From positions 52,013-84,012 of the forward strand of contig JBAZYK010000008.1 of the NCBI GenBank assembly GCA_041659405.1: a stretch of DNA of 32,000 nt, given 5' to 3'. The notes under the pieces were generated by a model, which made no database searches, was not told the origin of the DNA, and saw only the letters and a program-made list of their open reading frames with translations. The position numbers and the translations under genes were made by a program. The stretch is from Candidatus Altimarinota bacterium. GTDB lineage: Bacteria > Patescibacteriota > Gracilibacteria > UBA1369. How positions within the stretch are numbered: position 1 is the first letter of the stretch; the number at the start of each line of letters is the position of its first letter. This document shows, piece after piece, positions 9,007 through 18,044 of this stretch.

Positions 9007-11664
9007 ATGAAACAAATCGAAAAAACATACGAGGCCAAAAATTTTGAAGATAACATCTATCAACAATGGGAAAAATCCGGGCTTTTTACTCCAAAAATCG
9101 TTACAGGGAAGAAGCCTTTTACGATTTCGATGCCACCTCCAAATGCCACCGGCACACTCCATTTGGGACATGCAATTATGCTTGCGGTTGAAGATATTCT
9201 GGTTCGTTATAAAAGAATGCAGGGGTTTCCAACTTTGTGGGTTCCGGGCACCGACCATGCCGGTATTGCAACTCAGAACAAAGTTGAAAAAATCATTGCC
9301 GAAGAAGGACTGACCCGCCACAGTCTTGGGCGCGAGGCGTTTCTTAAACGCGTTCATGAATTTGTGGCAGGTTCACAATCAACCATCCGCAAACAAATGC
9401 GAAAAATGGGCACAAGCTGCGATTGGACCAGAGAAAGATATACGCTTGATGATGGGCTTTCCAAAGCTGTTAGAGAAATTTTTACCCGCATGTATAATGA
9501 TGGTTTGATTTACCGCGGAAAGCGCATTGTAAACTGGTGCGTACGTTGCAGTTCCACGCTTGCGGACGATGAAGTTAATTTCAAAGAGGAAAAGAGCAAA
9601 TTTTATTATTTCAAATACGGTCCGGTTGTTATTGGTACGGCCCGTCCGGAAACCAAATTTTTGGATAAGGTCATAGTTGCGCATCCAGATGACAAAAGAT
9701 ACAAAAAATATTTCGATAAAGAAATGACAGTTCCTTGGATTAAAGGTGATATTAAAGCCCAATTTATTGCTGATAAAAGCGCAGACCAGGAATTCGGAAC
9801 AGGAGCCATGACCATCACACCAGCCCACGATTTTATTGATTTTGAGATTGCCCAAAAACACAAACTGGAAATCGTTCAGATCATTGATCAAAACGGCAAT
9901 TTTACCGACGTGGTGGGTCCTGAATTTGCCGGAAAAAATGCCCGGGATTCAAGAGAAGCAATTGTTAAAATACTTGCGGAAAAAGGCCTTTTAGAGCGCG
10001 TTGACGAAAACTACGTCCACAACCTTTCGGTTTGTTACAGATGCGGAAGTCCGGTTGAACCGTTAATTTCAGAGCAGTGGTTTATTGACGTTAGCAAGCC
10101 GGTAATCAAAGAAGGCGGCAAGCTGATAAGCCTTAAACAAAAAGCCGCGGAAGCGGTTAAAGATGGCAAAATTGAAATTATTCCCGATCGCTTTAATAAA
10201 ATATATTTTCACTGGCTCAATAACCTAAGAGATTGGTGTATTTCCAGGCAAATCTGGTTTGGACATCAGATTCCGGTTTGGTATTGTCAGGAAAAAGCTG
10301 AATCAAAATGCAGTCAGCCAATAGTACAAACCGAGGCTCCAACAAAATGCCCACATTGCGGATCAGCCAAAATCACGCGCGATCCGGACACTTTGGATAC
10401 CTGGTTTTCTTCCGGGTTATGGACTTTTTCCACACTTGGCTGGCCGGAAAAAACTAAGGAACTGGAATATTTTCATCCAACTTCGGTATTGGAAACCGGC
10501 TATGACATTCTCTTTTTCTGGGTAGCCCGCATGGTTTTAATGACGACCTATGCTTTGCATGAAATACCATTCGAAAAAGTTTATCTGCATGGTTTGGTAA
10601 GAGATAAAGAGGGCAGAAAGATGAGCAAATCTCTTGGTAATGGAATTGATCCGTTGGATATGATCGAAAAATTTGGAACGGATTCTGTCCGTTTAAGTCT
10701 GGTCATTGGAACTTCACCGGGTAATGATTTTAGGCTTTATGAAGAAAAGATTGCCGGATATCGCAACTTTGTTAACAAGATCTGGAATGGGGCCCGTTTT
10801 GCGTTAATGAACCTGCCGGAAAACTATGAACCCAAGGAGTTTAACAAAAAATCCATCAACTCATTGGCTGATAAATGGATCGTTTCCAAATTACAAAAAC
10901 TGATTAAAGAAGTTACCGAAGATCTTGATAATTTTAGGCTTTCCGAAGCCGGAACCAAGATTTACGATTTTACCTGGAGCCAATATTGCGACTGGTACCT
11001 TGAAGTTTCCAAAGGCCAAATGAACGCGGATGTTTTGATTTATGTCTTAAAGACCCTGCTTCAATTACTTCACCCTTTTGTTCCATTTGTAACCGAAGTT
11101 TTGTGGGAACATTTAGGTGAAAAAAAGCTTCTTTTGGGCGAAGATTGGCCAAAGTTAGATAAAACTCTAATGTTTGAAAAAGAGGAAAAAGAGTTTGAAG
11201 TTGTTCAGTCGTTAATTACCGCGATCAGGAGCATCAGGGCGGAAGCGGGCATTGAACCGGTTAAAAAATTAAACGTTATTATCTATGGCGGAAAATATAC
11301 GAATATCATAGAACAAAAGCAGGAAGCCCTGATCCGAATGGCGCGTTTGGAAAAACTTACGCTGGAACAAAAAGGCGAAAAAATAGAGCATGCAATCTGG
11401 AAATACGTTGATGGGGTAGACCTTTATATCCCCATGAAAGACATTTTCGATATTGGTAAAGAAAAGCAAAAAGTTCAAAAAAAGCTTCAGGAAGCCGATC
11501 AGAAAATAAAAAGCCTGGAGGCAAAATTATCAAATCCCGGGTTTTTGCAAAAGGCTCGCCCGGAAATTGTGGCAAAGGAAAAAGAAATCTTTGCAGATCT
11601 TAAAAACGAACTTGATGCCCTGGAAAAGAAATTAAAAGAACTTGAAGATTTGGCCAAAGAGTAG
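9007..11664 (+). CDS. valS: Valine--tRNA ligase
   Basis: PPPNATGTLHLGHAI (HIGH), KMSKSLGN (KMSKS), C-terminal coiled-coil arm. Confidence 0.96.
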   Translation: MKQIEKTYEAKNFEDNIYQQWEKSGLFTPKIVTGKKPFTISMPPPNATGTLHLGHAIMLAVEDILVRYKRMQGFPTLWVPGTDHAGIATQNKVEKIIAEEGLTRHSLGREAFLKRVHEFVAGSQSTIRKQMRKMGTSCDWTRERYTLDDGLSKAVREIFTRMYNDGLIYRGKRIVNWCVRCSSTLADDEVNFKEEKSKFYYFKYGPVVIGTARPETKFLDKVIVAHPDDKRYKKYFDKEMTVPWIKGDIKAQFIADKSADQEFGTGAMTITPAHDFIDFEIAQKHKLEIVQIIDQNGNFTDVVGPEFAGKNARDSREAIVKILAEKGLLERVDENYVHNLSVCYRCGSPVEPLISEQWFIDVSKPVIKEGGKLISLKQKAAEAVKDGKIEIIPDRFNKIYFHWLNNLRDWCISRQIWFGHQIPVWYCQEKAESKCSQPIVQTEAPTKCPHCGSAKITRDPDTLDTWFSSGLWTFSTLGWPEKTKELEYFHPTSVLETGYDILFFWVARMVLMTTYALHEIPFEKVYLHGLVRDKEGRKMSKSLGNGIDPLDMIEKFGTDSVRLSLVIGTSPGNDFRLYEEKIAGYRNFVNKIWNGARFALMNLPENYEPKEFNKKSINSLADKWIVSKLQKLIKEVTEDLDNFRLSEAGTKIYDFTWSQYCDWYLEVSKGQMNADVLIYVLKTLLQLLHPFVPFVTEVLWEHLGEKKLLLGEDWPKLDKTLMFEKEEKEFEVVQSLITAIRSIRAEAGIEPVKKLNVIIYGGKYTNIIEQKQEALIRMARLEKLTLEQKGEKIEHAIWKYVDGVDLYIPMKDIFDIGKEKQKVQKKLQEADQKIKSLEAKLSNPGFLQKARPEIVAKEKEIFADLKNELDALEKKLKELEDLAKE

Positions 11665-11757
11665 AATATTGGCTGCTTTGTCATCTTTTGCATGGCAAAA
11701 AGCGATAAAATAGGTTAAAATAAAGAGAAACAATCACAAACTTAGACACAAAAGCCC

Positions 11758-12693
11758 ATGGCTATAACAGACGCAAAATCGTTAATAAAGGCGAATTATC
11801 AACTCATTCTTGATTACGTTGAGCAGGAAAAATGGGCTGACGCTCATCGTGCCTGTCTGGAAATTCTTCGTTTTGATCCCGAGAACATCAAGATAATTCG
11901 TCTTAAAAGTAAGATCGAAAACACAGTTCGCAAGTTGAATCGGGATTCGGTAAAAAAAGATCTGGAAATGCTGGAGCCGCTTTGGAAAGAGAAAAAGTTT
12001 GCCGATATTTTGGCTTATTTACAAAAATTACAAGCTTTTACGGCTGATTATCCGCCGCTTTTGCAAGTCATGAAAAAAGCGCAAGAGGCCTACAATCAGC
12101 AGGTTTATGAACAGCAGGAAGAATATTTTGGGAAAGATTTCGAACGAATTTTACAACTCGTTAAAGAAAAGAAATTTGGGGAGTGCCTACGTGAAGCCGA
12201 AAAGTTACGTTTACTGAAAATTAATGAATCTCAAGTTAAAAAGCTCATCGGCAAAATCAGAACAGACTGGATCAACAGCGAAATTCAGGAAAATCAAACC
12301 CTGCTTCAAAGCCAAAGATATGAAGATATTTTGCTCTTTTATCAAAGATTAATACGAATCGATTCAAAATCAACCTTATTGGAAAAACTGATTAAGGAAA
12401 CAAAAAAAGACTATCAATTTTATAAAATCGATGAAAAAAAGGAATTCATTTATAAAAGCACCGAAGAAATCCGTACGCTATATTTAATCAAAAAGTACGA
12501 CAAAGCCATCAAGGCCGCAAAAGAAATTCTTGATATCGACCCAAGAAATAAAGAAATCAAAAGTCTTTATGGTAAATCACAAAGAAAATATCACAGGCAA
12601 CTGCAAAAAGAAGTGATCGCCCAAATGCTTGGCTCACAGAGGCAATATAAACCCATCTATAAAGAAAACAAAAAAGCCTTCCGCAGGATCTAA
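11758..12693 (+). CDS. Tetratricopeptide-like helical repeat protein, function unknown
   Basis: 311-aa ORF with recurring TPR-like segments (AHRACLEILRFDPENIKI; AIKAAKEILDIDPRNKEIKSLYG). Confidence 0.65.
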   Translation: MAITDAKSLIKANYQLILDYVEQEKWADAHRACLEILRFDPENIKIIRLKSKIENTVRKLNRDSVKKDLEMLEPLWKEKKFADILAYLQKLQAFTADYPPLLQVMKKAQEAYNQQVYEQQEEYFGKDFERILQLVKEKKFGECLREAEKLRLLKINESQVKKLIGKIRTDWINSEIQENQTLLQSQRYEDILLFYQRLIRIDSKSTLLEKLIKETKKDYQFYKIDEKKEFIYKSTEEIRTLYLIKKYDKAIKAAKEILDIDPRNKEIKSLYGKSQRKYHRQLQKEVIAQMLGSQRQYKPIYKENKKAFRRI

Positions 12694-12702
12694 AACACAC
12701 AT

Positions 12703-13803
12703 TTAATTGGCTTTAACCTTGGCCAGCGCGTATTGTTTACGACCCACACGAATAAATTCCGGGGAGTTTTTTAAGTTAAGCAGCACGGTAATCGGTTTAA
12801 CCTGGCGCACTTTTAAAACCTCATCAATGATTTCCTCCTGGTGAAGAGACTGATTCTTATTCAGGAGTGTCTTAATTACGTCAGAAACGGTCCCGTGACT
12901 GTAGCCCCACTCTTTTAGCGCATAAATGCCCCGGCCGATTAAAACAAAGTCCTGGCAGCGTATAAGTTCATTGTGAACAGCCTGAAGATTTACATTTTTA
13001 TGATCAAACCCGGAAGTAATAATCTTACTTTGAATATCAATAAAATGAAGCGGCTTTTTATCTATCCTAAGAATAAAAAAGATTTTATCACGTAAAGTTC
13101 TTGGGTTGATATTTCGCCATTCGTAAAGGCCGACCGAACTATCATTGATAAGCTTAAAATTCTTTTGAATTTGCAGCAAAGATTTAAGTGAATCAATTGT
13201 GAAGGATTTTGCCTCGAATGAAGACTTCAATTCATTGAACACTTGTCCAATTCCAACAACTTCTTTTTCTTTATGTAAAAAATTTAAAGATTTTTCCGTA
13301 ATTTCATTAATCGTGCTTTCCGAAAAAACATTCAAACGCAGGTATGGATGAAACATGATTGTGTTTGGCATGCGCTCGAATCTTTTATCCACCGATGAAA
13401 CCAAAGAAATAACGGCAGTTGAAAACTCTGAAGTTTGATTAAAGAATTTTGAAAGCAGAATATCTTCACGCAAAATCCCCCCATTAGTAGAAAGCAAATC
13501 AAAAATTATATCGTTAATCGAGTGCAGAGGACTGTTCTCTACATTCCTTCTAAGCTTCTGCAGAGCGTTCTTTTCAATCTGGCGGATTCTTTCACGTGTT
13601 ACATGAAAATGCCTCCCAATTTGTTCGAGAGTAGCTCTTTTTTTCAAGTCCAGATTGAACCTTCTTTCAATGACGAATTTCTCTTTTTGTGATAGCAGCA
13701 GCAAAAATTGAGCTACATGCTGTTGTAATTGTTCAAAGACAAGATCAACAGAAGAAGAAGTCATTTCCAAAAAGTAAAATTCTGGAAATAAGTTATAACA
13801 CAC
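12703..13803 (-). CDS. Paralogous regulator with sigma region-4-like HTH plus HARE-HTH-like domain
   Basis: LLLSQKEKFVIERRFNLDLKKRATLEQIGRHFHVTRERIRQIEKNALQKLRR; strong collinearity with 5816..6943. Start may be the internal ATG at 13761. Confidence 0.8.
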   Translation of the reverse strand: MCYNLFPEFYFLEMTSSSVDLVFEQLQQHVAQFLLLLSQKEKFVIERRFNLDLKKRATLEQIGRHFHVTRERIRQIEKNALQKLRRNVENSPLHSINDIIFDLLSTNGGILREDILLSKFFNQTSEFSTAVISLVSSVDKRFERMPNTIMFHPYLRLNVFSESTINEITEKSLNFLHKEKEVVGIGQVFNELKSSFEAKSFTIDSLKSLLQIQKNFKLINDSSVGLYEWRNINPRTLRDKIFFILRIDKKPLHFIDIQSKIITSGFDHKNVNLQAVHNELIRCQDFVLIGRGIYALKEWGYSHGTVSDVIKTLLNKNQSLHQEEIIDEVLKVRQVKPITVLLNLKNSPEFIRVGRKQYALAKVKAN

Positions 13804-13836
13804 TTAACCGAAATGCAAATTATTTTTAAAACAACT

Positions 13837-14496
13837 TTACGAGAAAATATAACCCGAGCATGGAACAGTGCGGATAAAATGCTCGTTATCTTTATGAATC
13901 TTTTTTCTTAATTTGTTGATGTGGACATCTACCGTATTTGTCATGATATTAGCATTCCGATCCCAGACATTTTCCAAAATGGTTCCGCGACTTAAAATCT
14001 TACCGGTATTCAGCATCATGAACTCCAAAAGTGCAAATTCTTTGCAGCGCAGGTAGATGGGCTCGTTTTTAAATTTCAATTCCCTTGATTCACGGTTCAA
14101 CTCAAGGTCACGAATTTTAATGGTGCTATTATTCATTTTTTCCTTAAAAAGGAAAATCTGAAATCGCATTTCCGCAGCAATCAATCTAAAAGGAAACGGC
14201 CGGACAAAAAGATTGGAAATTCTTTTATCTCTCCGTAAATAATCAACGATCAATGAATCAAACTCCGGCGCCAGAATTATTATCGGTAAATTTTTATATT
14301 TAAAACAGGCATCAACTATCGGTTCAAAATGGTTTAAATCCTTCATGTAAATAAAAATCGCGTCATAACCCAGAGCTTTTTCCGCAAGGTTTTCCGTTGG
14401 GTAAACTCTAACATCGGTTGGTAACTGTTCATATTCCAGTCCTTTAGCAATAAACTCACCTTTTTGGGGAAGGTTGGTGACAAGTAAAGTATGCAT
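13837..14496 (-). CDS. OmpR/PhoB-like winged-helix regulator with degenerate receiver domain
   Basis: C-terminal trans_reg_C: LNRESRELKF...LRCKEFALLEFMMLNTGKILSRGTILENVWD...NTVDVHINKLRKKI...IRTVPCSGYIF; N-terminal receiver-like fold lacks an obvious phospho-acceptor Asp and has RPF instead of KPF. Confidence 0.8.
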   Translation of the reverse strand: MHTLLVTNLPQKGEFIAKGLEYEQLPTDVRVYPTENLAEKALGYDAIFIYMKDLNHFEPIVDACFKYKNLPIIILAPEFDSLIVDYLRRDKRISNLFVRPFPFRLIAAEMRFQIFLFKEKMNNSTIKIRDLELNRESRELKFKNEPIYLRCKEFALLEFMMLNTGKILSRGTILENVWDRNANIMTNTVDVHINKLRKKIHKDNEHFIRTVPCSGYIFS

Positions 14497-14551
14497 AGGC
14501 GAAGATGTTAAATGCTGACTCTGTTACCTGAATAATCCAAGCTCCCGGATA

Positions 14552-15703
14552 TTGCAAGTGGCGATATTGGAGAAAATAGGAGTTTTTGCCTTCACAAAAA
14601 GAAAAAACTCAAATACACTTCGTGTTGTACAAGGTTCATCAACACCCCCTATGCTTTCAAAACAAGACCTTATTTTAAAACTGGAACTGGCCAAATTCCC
14701 CAAGTTCCGCGCCAAGCAAATTATGGCTGCCATATACCAACAAGCAGTCGATAATTATGACGAAATCACCACTTTACCAAAGGAACTTAAAGAATACCTG
14801 AAAAAAAACATCGGAATAATGAGTCTAAAACCGGTCAGATCAATGGTTTCCAAGGATGGAAAAACCGAAAAAGCACTTTTTGAAACCAATGACGGCCAGA
14901 AAATCGAAGCGGTTTTAATGGAGTTTGATGATGGACGGGATTCCGTTTGCGTCTCTAGCCAGGCCGGATGCCAACTTGGTTGTAAATTTTGCGCCACCGG
15001 AACCTTAAAGTTTGGTCGTAATTTAACTTACGAAGAAATTTCCGATCAGGTTCTTTATTTTGCCCAAAAACTTCATAAAAAAGATCGTCATGTTACCAAT
15101 ATTGTTTTCATGGGCATGGGGGAGCCATTTATGAACTATGAAAACGTCATGGATTCGATCAGGAATATCAATGATCCCGATGGACTAAACATTGGCGCAC
15201 GCCATATTACCGTTTCCACATCAGGAATTTGCGAAGGTATTGAAAAACTTGCCGATGCCAAAATTCAGGTTAACTTGGCCGTAAGTCTTCATGCGCCTAC
15301 CCAGGAAATACGCCAAAAAATCATGCCAATTGCCCATAAATATCCTTTGGAACAATTGATGAAAGCAATTGAAGATTATATTCAAAAAACAAATCGTCGC
15401 GTTTCTTACGAATATGTAATGCTAAAAAACATCAATGATGGTGAAAAAGATGCAACAGCTCTGGCGCGACTTTTAAAAGGGCAGCTCTGCCACGTTAATC
15501 TGATCCCTTACAACGCAACCGGCATTCAGGGAATAGAAGGCAGTCACAAAAATAATATTAAAGTTTTTAGTGAAATCTTGAAAAATCGGGGCATTACCTC
15601 TACAATCCGAATGACCATGGGACAGGATATAGATGCCGCATGTGGTCAGCTTGCCAATAAAGAGGCAAGAGTGAAGAGTGGAAGCGCCAATCAGTCAAAA
15701 TAA
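14552..15703 (+). CDS. rlmN: 23S rRNA (adenine(2503)-C(2))-methyltransferase, radical SAM
   Basis: CVSSQAGCQLGCKFCATG (CxxxCxxC), GMGEPFMNYENV, SVSLHAP, MGQDIDAACGQL. Start may be the internal Met of MLSKQDLILKLE. Confidence 0.93.
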   Translation: MQVAILEKIGVFAFTKRKNSNTLRVVQGSSTPPMLSKQDLILKLELAKFPKFRAKQIMAAIYQQAVDNYDEITTLPKELKEYLKKNIGIMSLKPVRSMVSKDGKTEKALFETNDGQKIEAVLMEFDDGRDSVCVSSQAGCQLGCKFCATGTLKFGRNLTYEEISDQVLYFAQKLHKKDRHVTNIVFMGMGEPFMNYENVMDSIRNINDPDGLNIGARHITVSTSGICEGIEKLADAKIQVNLAVSLHAPTQEIRQKIMPIAHKYPLEQLMKAIEDYIQKTNRRVSYEYVMLKNINDGEKDATALARLLKGQLCHVNLIPYNATGIQGIEGSHKNNIKVFSEILKNRGITSTIRMTMGQDIDAACGQLANKEARVKSGSANQSK

Positions 15704-15745
15704 AAGCCCAAACTTATAATTATTTTTAATTCTTAATTAAAAACT

Positions 15746-16009
15746 ATGGCAGATCCAAATCAACAGGTTCAGGTAAAAATCGATCCATCTTTAGAGCAGG
15801 GTGTTTACTCAAATGCAGTTTCGGTTCATGTAAATAGCAACGAAATTATTCTCGATTTTGGTTATATCATCCCAAACATGCAACCAATGACAATCAAGGT
15901 TGTAAACCGCGTTAATTTAAGCCATCAAACTGCGGAATCATTTATGAAAGTGCTTTCCAATGCGCTTCTTGACTGGAGAAATCGCCAAAAAGAAGAAAAA
16001 AAGGCTTAG
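15746..16009 (+). CDS. DUF3467-like protein
   Basis: QVKIDPSLEQGVYSNAVSVHVNSNEIILDFGYIIPN...SHQTAESFMKVLSNALLDW; resembles the DUF3467 family. Confidence 0.75.
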   Translation: MADPNQQVQVKIDPSLEQGVYSNAVSVHVNSNEIILDFGYIIPNMQPMTIKVVNRVNLSHQTAESFMKVLSNALLDWRNRQKEEKKA

Positions 16010-16029
16010 TCAAAATTTATAATTTATAA

Positions 16030-17421
16030 TTGAAAAAAATGGCCGAAGATTTAATGAATAAAATTGTTTCCCTAGCCAAAAGACGCGGCTTTGTTTTTCC
16101 GGGATCCGAGATTTACGGTGGGCTTGCCAATACTTGGGACTACGGTCCACTTGGCGTTGAACTTAAAGAAAACCTCCGTCAGGCCTGGTGGAAATTTTTC
16201 GTGCGTGAAAGAGCAGACATGGTGGGGCTTGATGCTGCTATTTTAATGAATCCAAAAGTTTGGCAGGCGAGCGGCCACGTGGAAAATTTTAACGATGCCC
16301 AGATTGATTGTAAAACCTGCAAAGGTCGTTTTAGAGCTGATCATTTGATTGAAGACTCCACAGACATCAAGGTGGAAGGCCTTTCAACCACAGACTTGGA
16401 TAAAATTATTGTCGAAAATCAGATTCAGTGCCCAAAATGCGGATCGAAAACTTTTACCAACACCCGCGTTTTCAATCTTTTATTCAGAACTTTTATTGGC
16501 CCGGTTGCCGGTGATACCGAACCTGTTTATTTGCGAGGAGAACTTGCTCAATCCATGTTCACCAATTTTAGAAACGTTTTGAATACTTCCCGCAAGAAGG
16601 TCCCTTTTGGTATTGCTCAAACCGGAAAATGCTTTAGAAACGAGATTACTCCCGGAAACTTTATTTTTAGAACGCTCGAATTTGATTTGATGGAATTAGA
16701 ATATTTTATTCACGAAAGTCAGTGGGAGAAGACATTTGAATATTGGCTTAATGAAATGCACCGCTGGGTTGAACACATCGGTCTTAAAAAAGAAAACACT
16801 CGCGTTCGTGAACATTCACAAGACGAATTATCGCACTATTCAAAACGAACAGTCGATATTGAATACAACACGCCATTTGGCTGGAAAGAGCTTTATGGCC
16901 TGGCATATCGCACCAATTTTGATCTTAAAAATCATACCGAAAAAAGTGGTGTGGATATGAGTTACCTGGACCCATACACCCAGGAAAGATATATTCCACA
17001 TGTAATTGAGCCGACTTTTGGTTTAAGCAGAACTTTTTTGATGACTCTTTTAAACGCCTATCATGAAGAAAAAGTTGAAGGTGATGAGGAGGGCGATACC
17101 CGCGTTGTGCTTAAGTTCAAGCCATCTTTGGCCCCATACAAGGTTGCAGTTTTACCTTTAATGAATAAGCTCAACGAGCAGGCCCGTGAAGTTTGGGAGA
17201 TGTTGAAGACAGACTTTATGGCTGATTTTGATACCAGCGGATCAATTGGAAAGCGCTATCGTCGTCAGGATGAAATTGGAACGCCATATTGTGTTACTGT
17301 TGATTTTGATACTGTTGAAAAAGATCAAAGCGTTACAATTCGCGACCGTGACACCATGAAACAGGATCGCATCAAGATAACTGATTTAAAAGCAGAATTA
17401 GCAAAAAGACTTCAGCTTTAA
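16030..17421 (+). CDS. glyS: Glycine--tRNA ligase (alpha2-type)
   Basis: [30 protein letters not shown]; [25 protein letters not shown]; FLMTLLNAY; class II motifs. Confidence 0.95.
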   Translation: MKKMAEDLMNKIVSLAKRRGFVFPGSEIYGGLANTWDYGPLGVELKENLRQAWWKFFVRERADMVGLDAAILMNPKVWQASGHVENFNDAQIDCKTCKGRFRADHLIEDSTDIKVEGLSTTDLDKIIVENQIQCPKCGSKTFTNTRVFNLLFRTFIGPVAGDTEPVYLRGELAQSMFTNFRNVLNTSRKKVPFGIAQTGKCFRNEITPGNFIFRTLEFDLMELEYFIHESQWEKTFEYWLNEMHRWVEHIGLKKENTRVREHSQDELSHYSKRTVDIEYNTPFGWKELYGLAYRTNFDLKNHTEKSGVDMSYLDPYTQERYIPHVIEPTFGLSRTFLMTLLNAYHEEKVEGDEEGDTRVVLKFKPSLAPYKVAVLPLMNKLNEQAREVWEMLKTDFMADFDTSGSIGKRYRRQDEIGTPYCVTVDFDTVEKDQSVTIRDRDTMKQDRIKITDLKAELAKRLQL

Positions 17422-17445
17422 TTTAGAAAGTTTTAATTTAAAAGG

Positions 17446-17472
17446 GGTAGCTTAAGAGAGGCTACCTTTTTT
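17446..17472 (+). terminator. Rho-independent terminator after glyS
   Basis: GGTAGC-ttaagagag-GCTACC followed by TTTTTT. Confidence 0.7.
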
Positions 17473-17482
17473 AAATAAATTT

Positions 17483-17926
17483 ATGTGCGATTTTACCCAA
17501 AACAAAAACGATCAATTCAACAAAAACCCTAACGGCGGATCAAAAAAACAAATCCTGCTAAAAAACAGCGACCAGGCTTTTGCAATTTTAAAAGATATGA
17601 AAAACCTGAAGAAAGAGTATTTAAGGGGGCTTTTTATTAATTCCCGCTATTTTCTGATTCATGATGAAGTAATTTCAATGGGAACGCTAAATACCAACAT
17701 TGTGCACCCGCGTGAGATTTTTAGACCGGCAATAGAACACAACGCCTATGCCATTATTCTTGCGCATAATCATCCCAGCGGCGAATGTACACCAAGCCAA
17801 AAAGACCTGGAAATGACTGCGAAAATCGATGAAGCAGGCAAAATCCTTCAAATTCCCGTCCTTGATCATCTGATAATTGCTGAAAATGGTTATTTTAGCT
17901 TTCACAAAGCAGGATTAATGCCATAA
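17483..17926 (+). CDS. Short RadC-like JAB/MPN-domain protein
   Basis: FINSRYFLIHDEVISMGTLNTNIVHPREIFRPAIEHNAYAIILAHNHPSGECTPSQKDLEMT (HxHPSG metal-binding motif); N-terminal HhH region absent. Confidence 0.88.
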   Translation: MCDFTQNKNDQFNKNPNGGSKKQILLKNSDQAFAILKDMKNLKKEYLRGLFINSRYFLIHDEVISMGTLNTNIVHPREIFRPAIEHNAYAIILAHNHPSGECTPSQKDLEMTAKIDEAGKILQIPVLDHLIIAENGYFSFHKAGLMP

Positions 17927-18044
17927 AACAGGCAAAAATCGCTCGTTTTTCGCCAAAGAATCTTTTAAATACCGGGAAAGATCAGTAATACCCTTCAAAA
18001 AAAGGCTGATTCATGGTAAAATAATATGATTTATAAGAAAAAAT

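Noticed and set aside
11690-11710. TTTTGCatgGCAAAA hairpin after valS
   Set aside because: Short stem with 3-nt loop and no U-tract; weak as a terminator.
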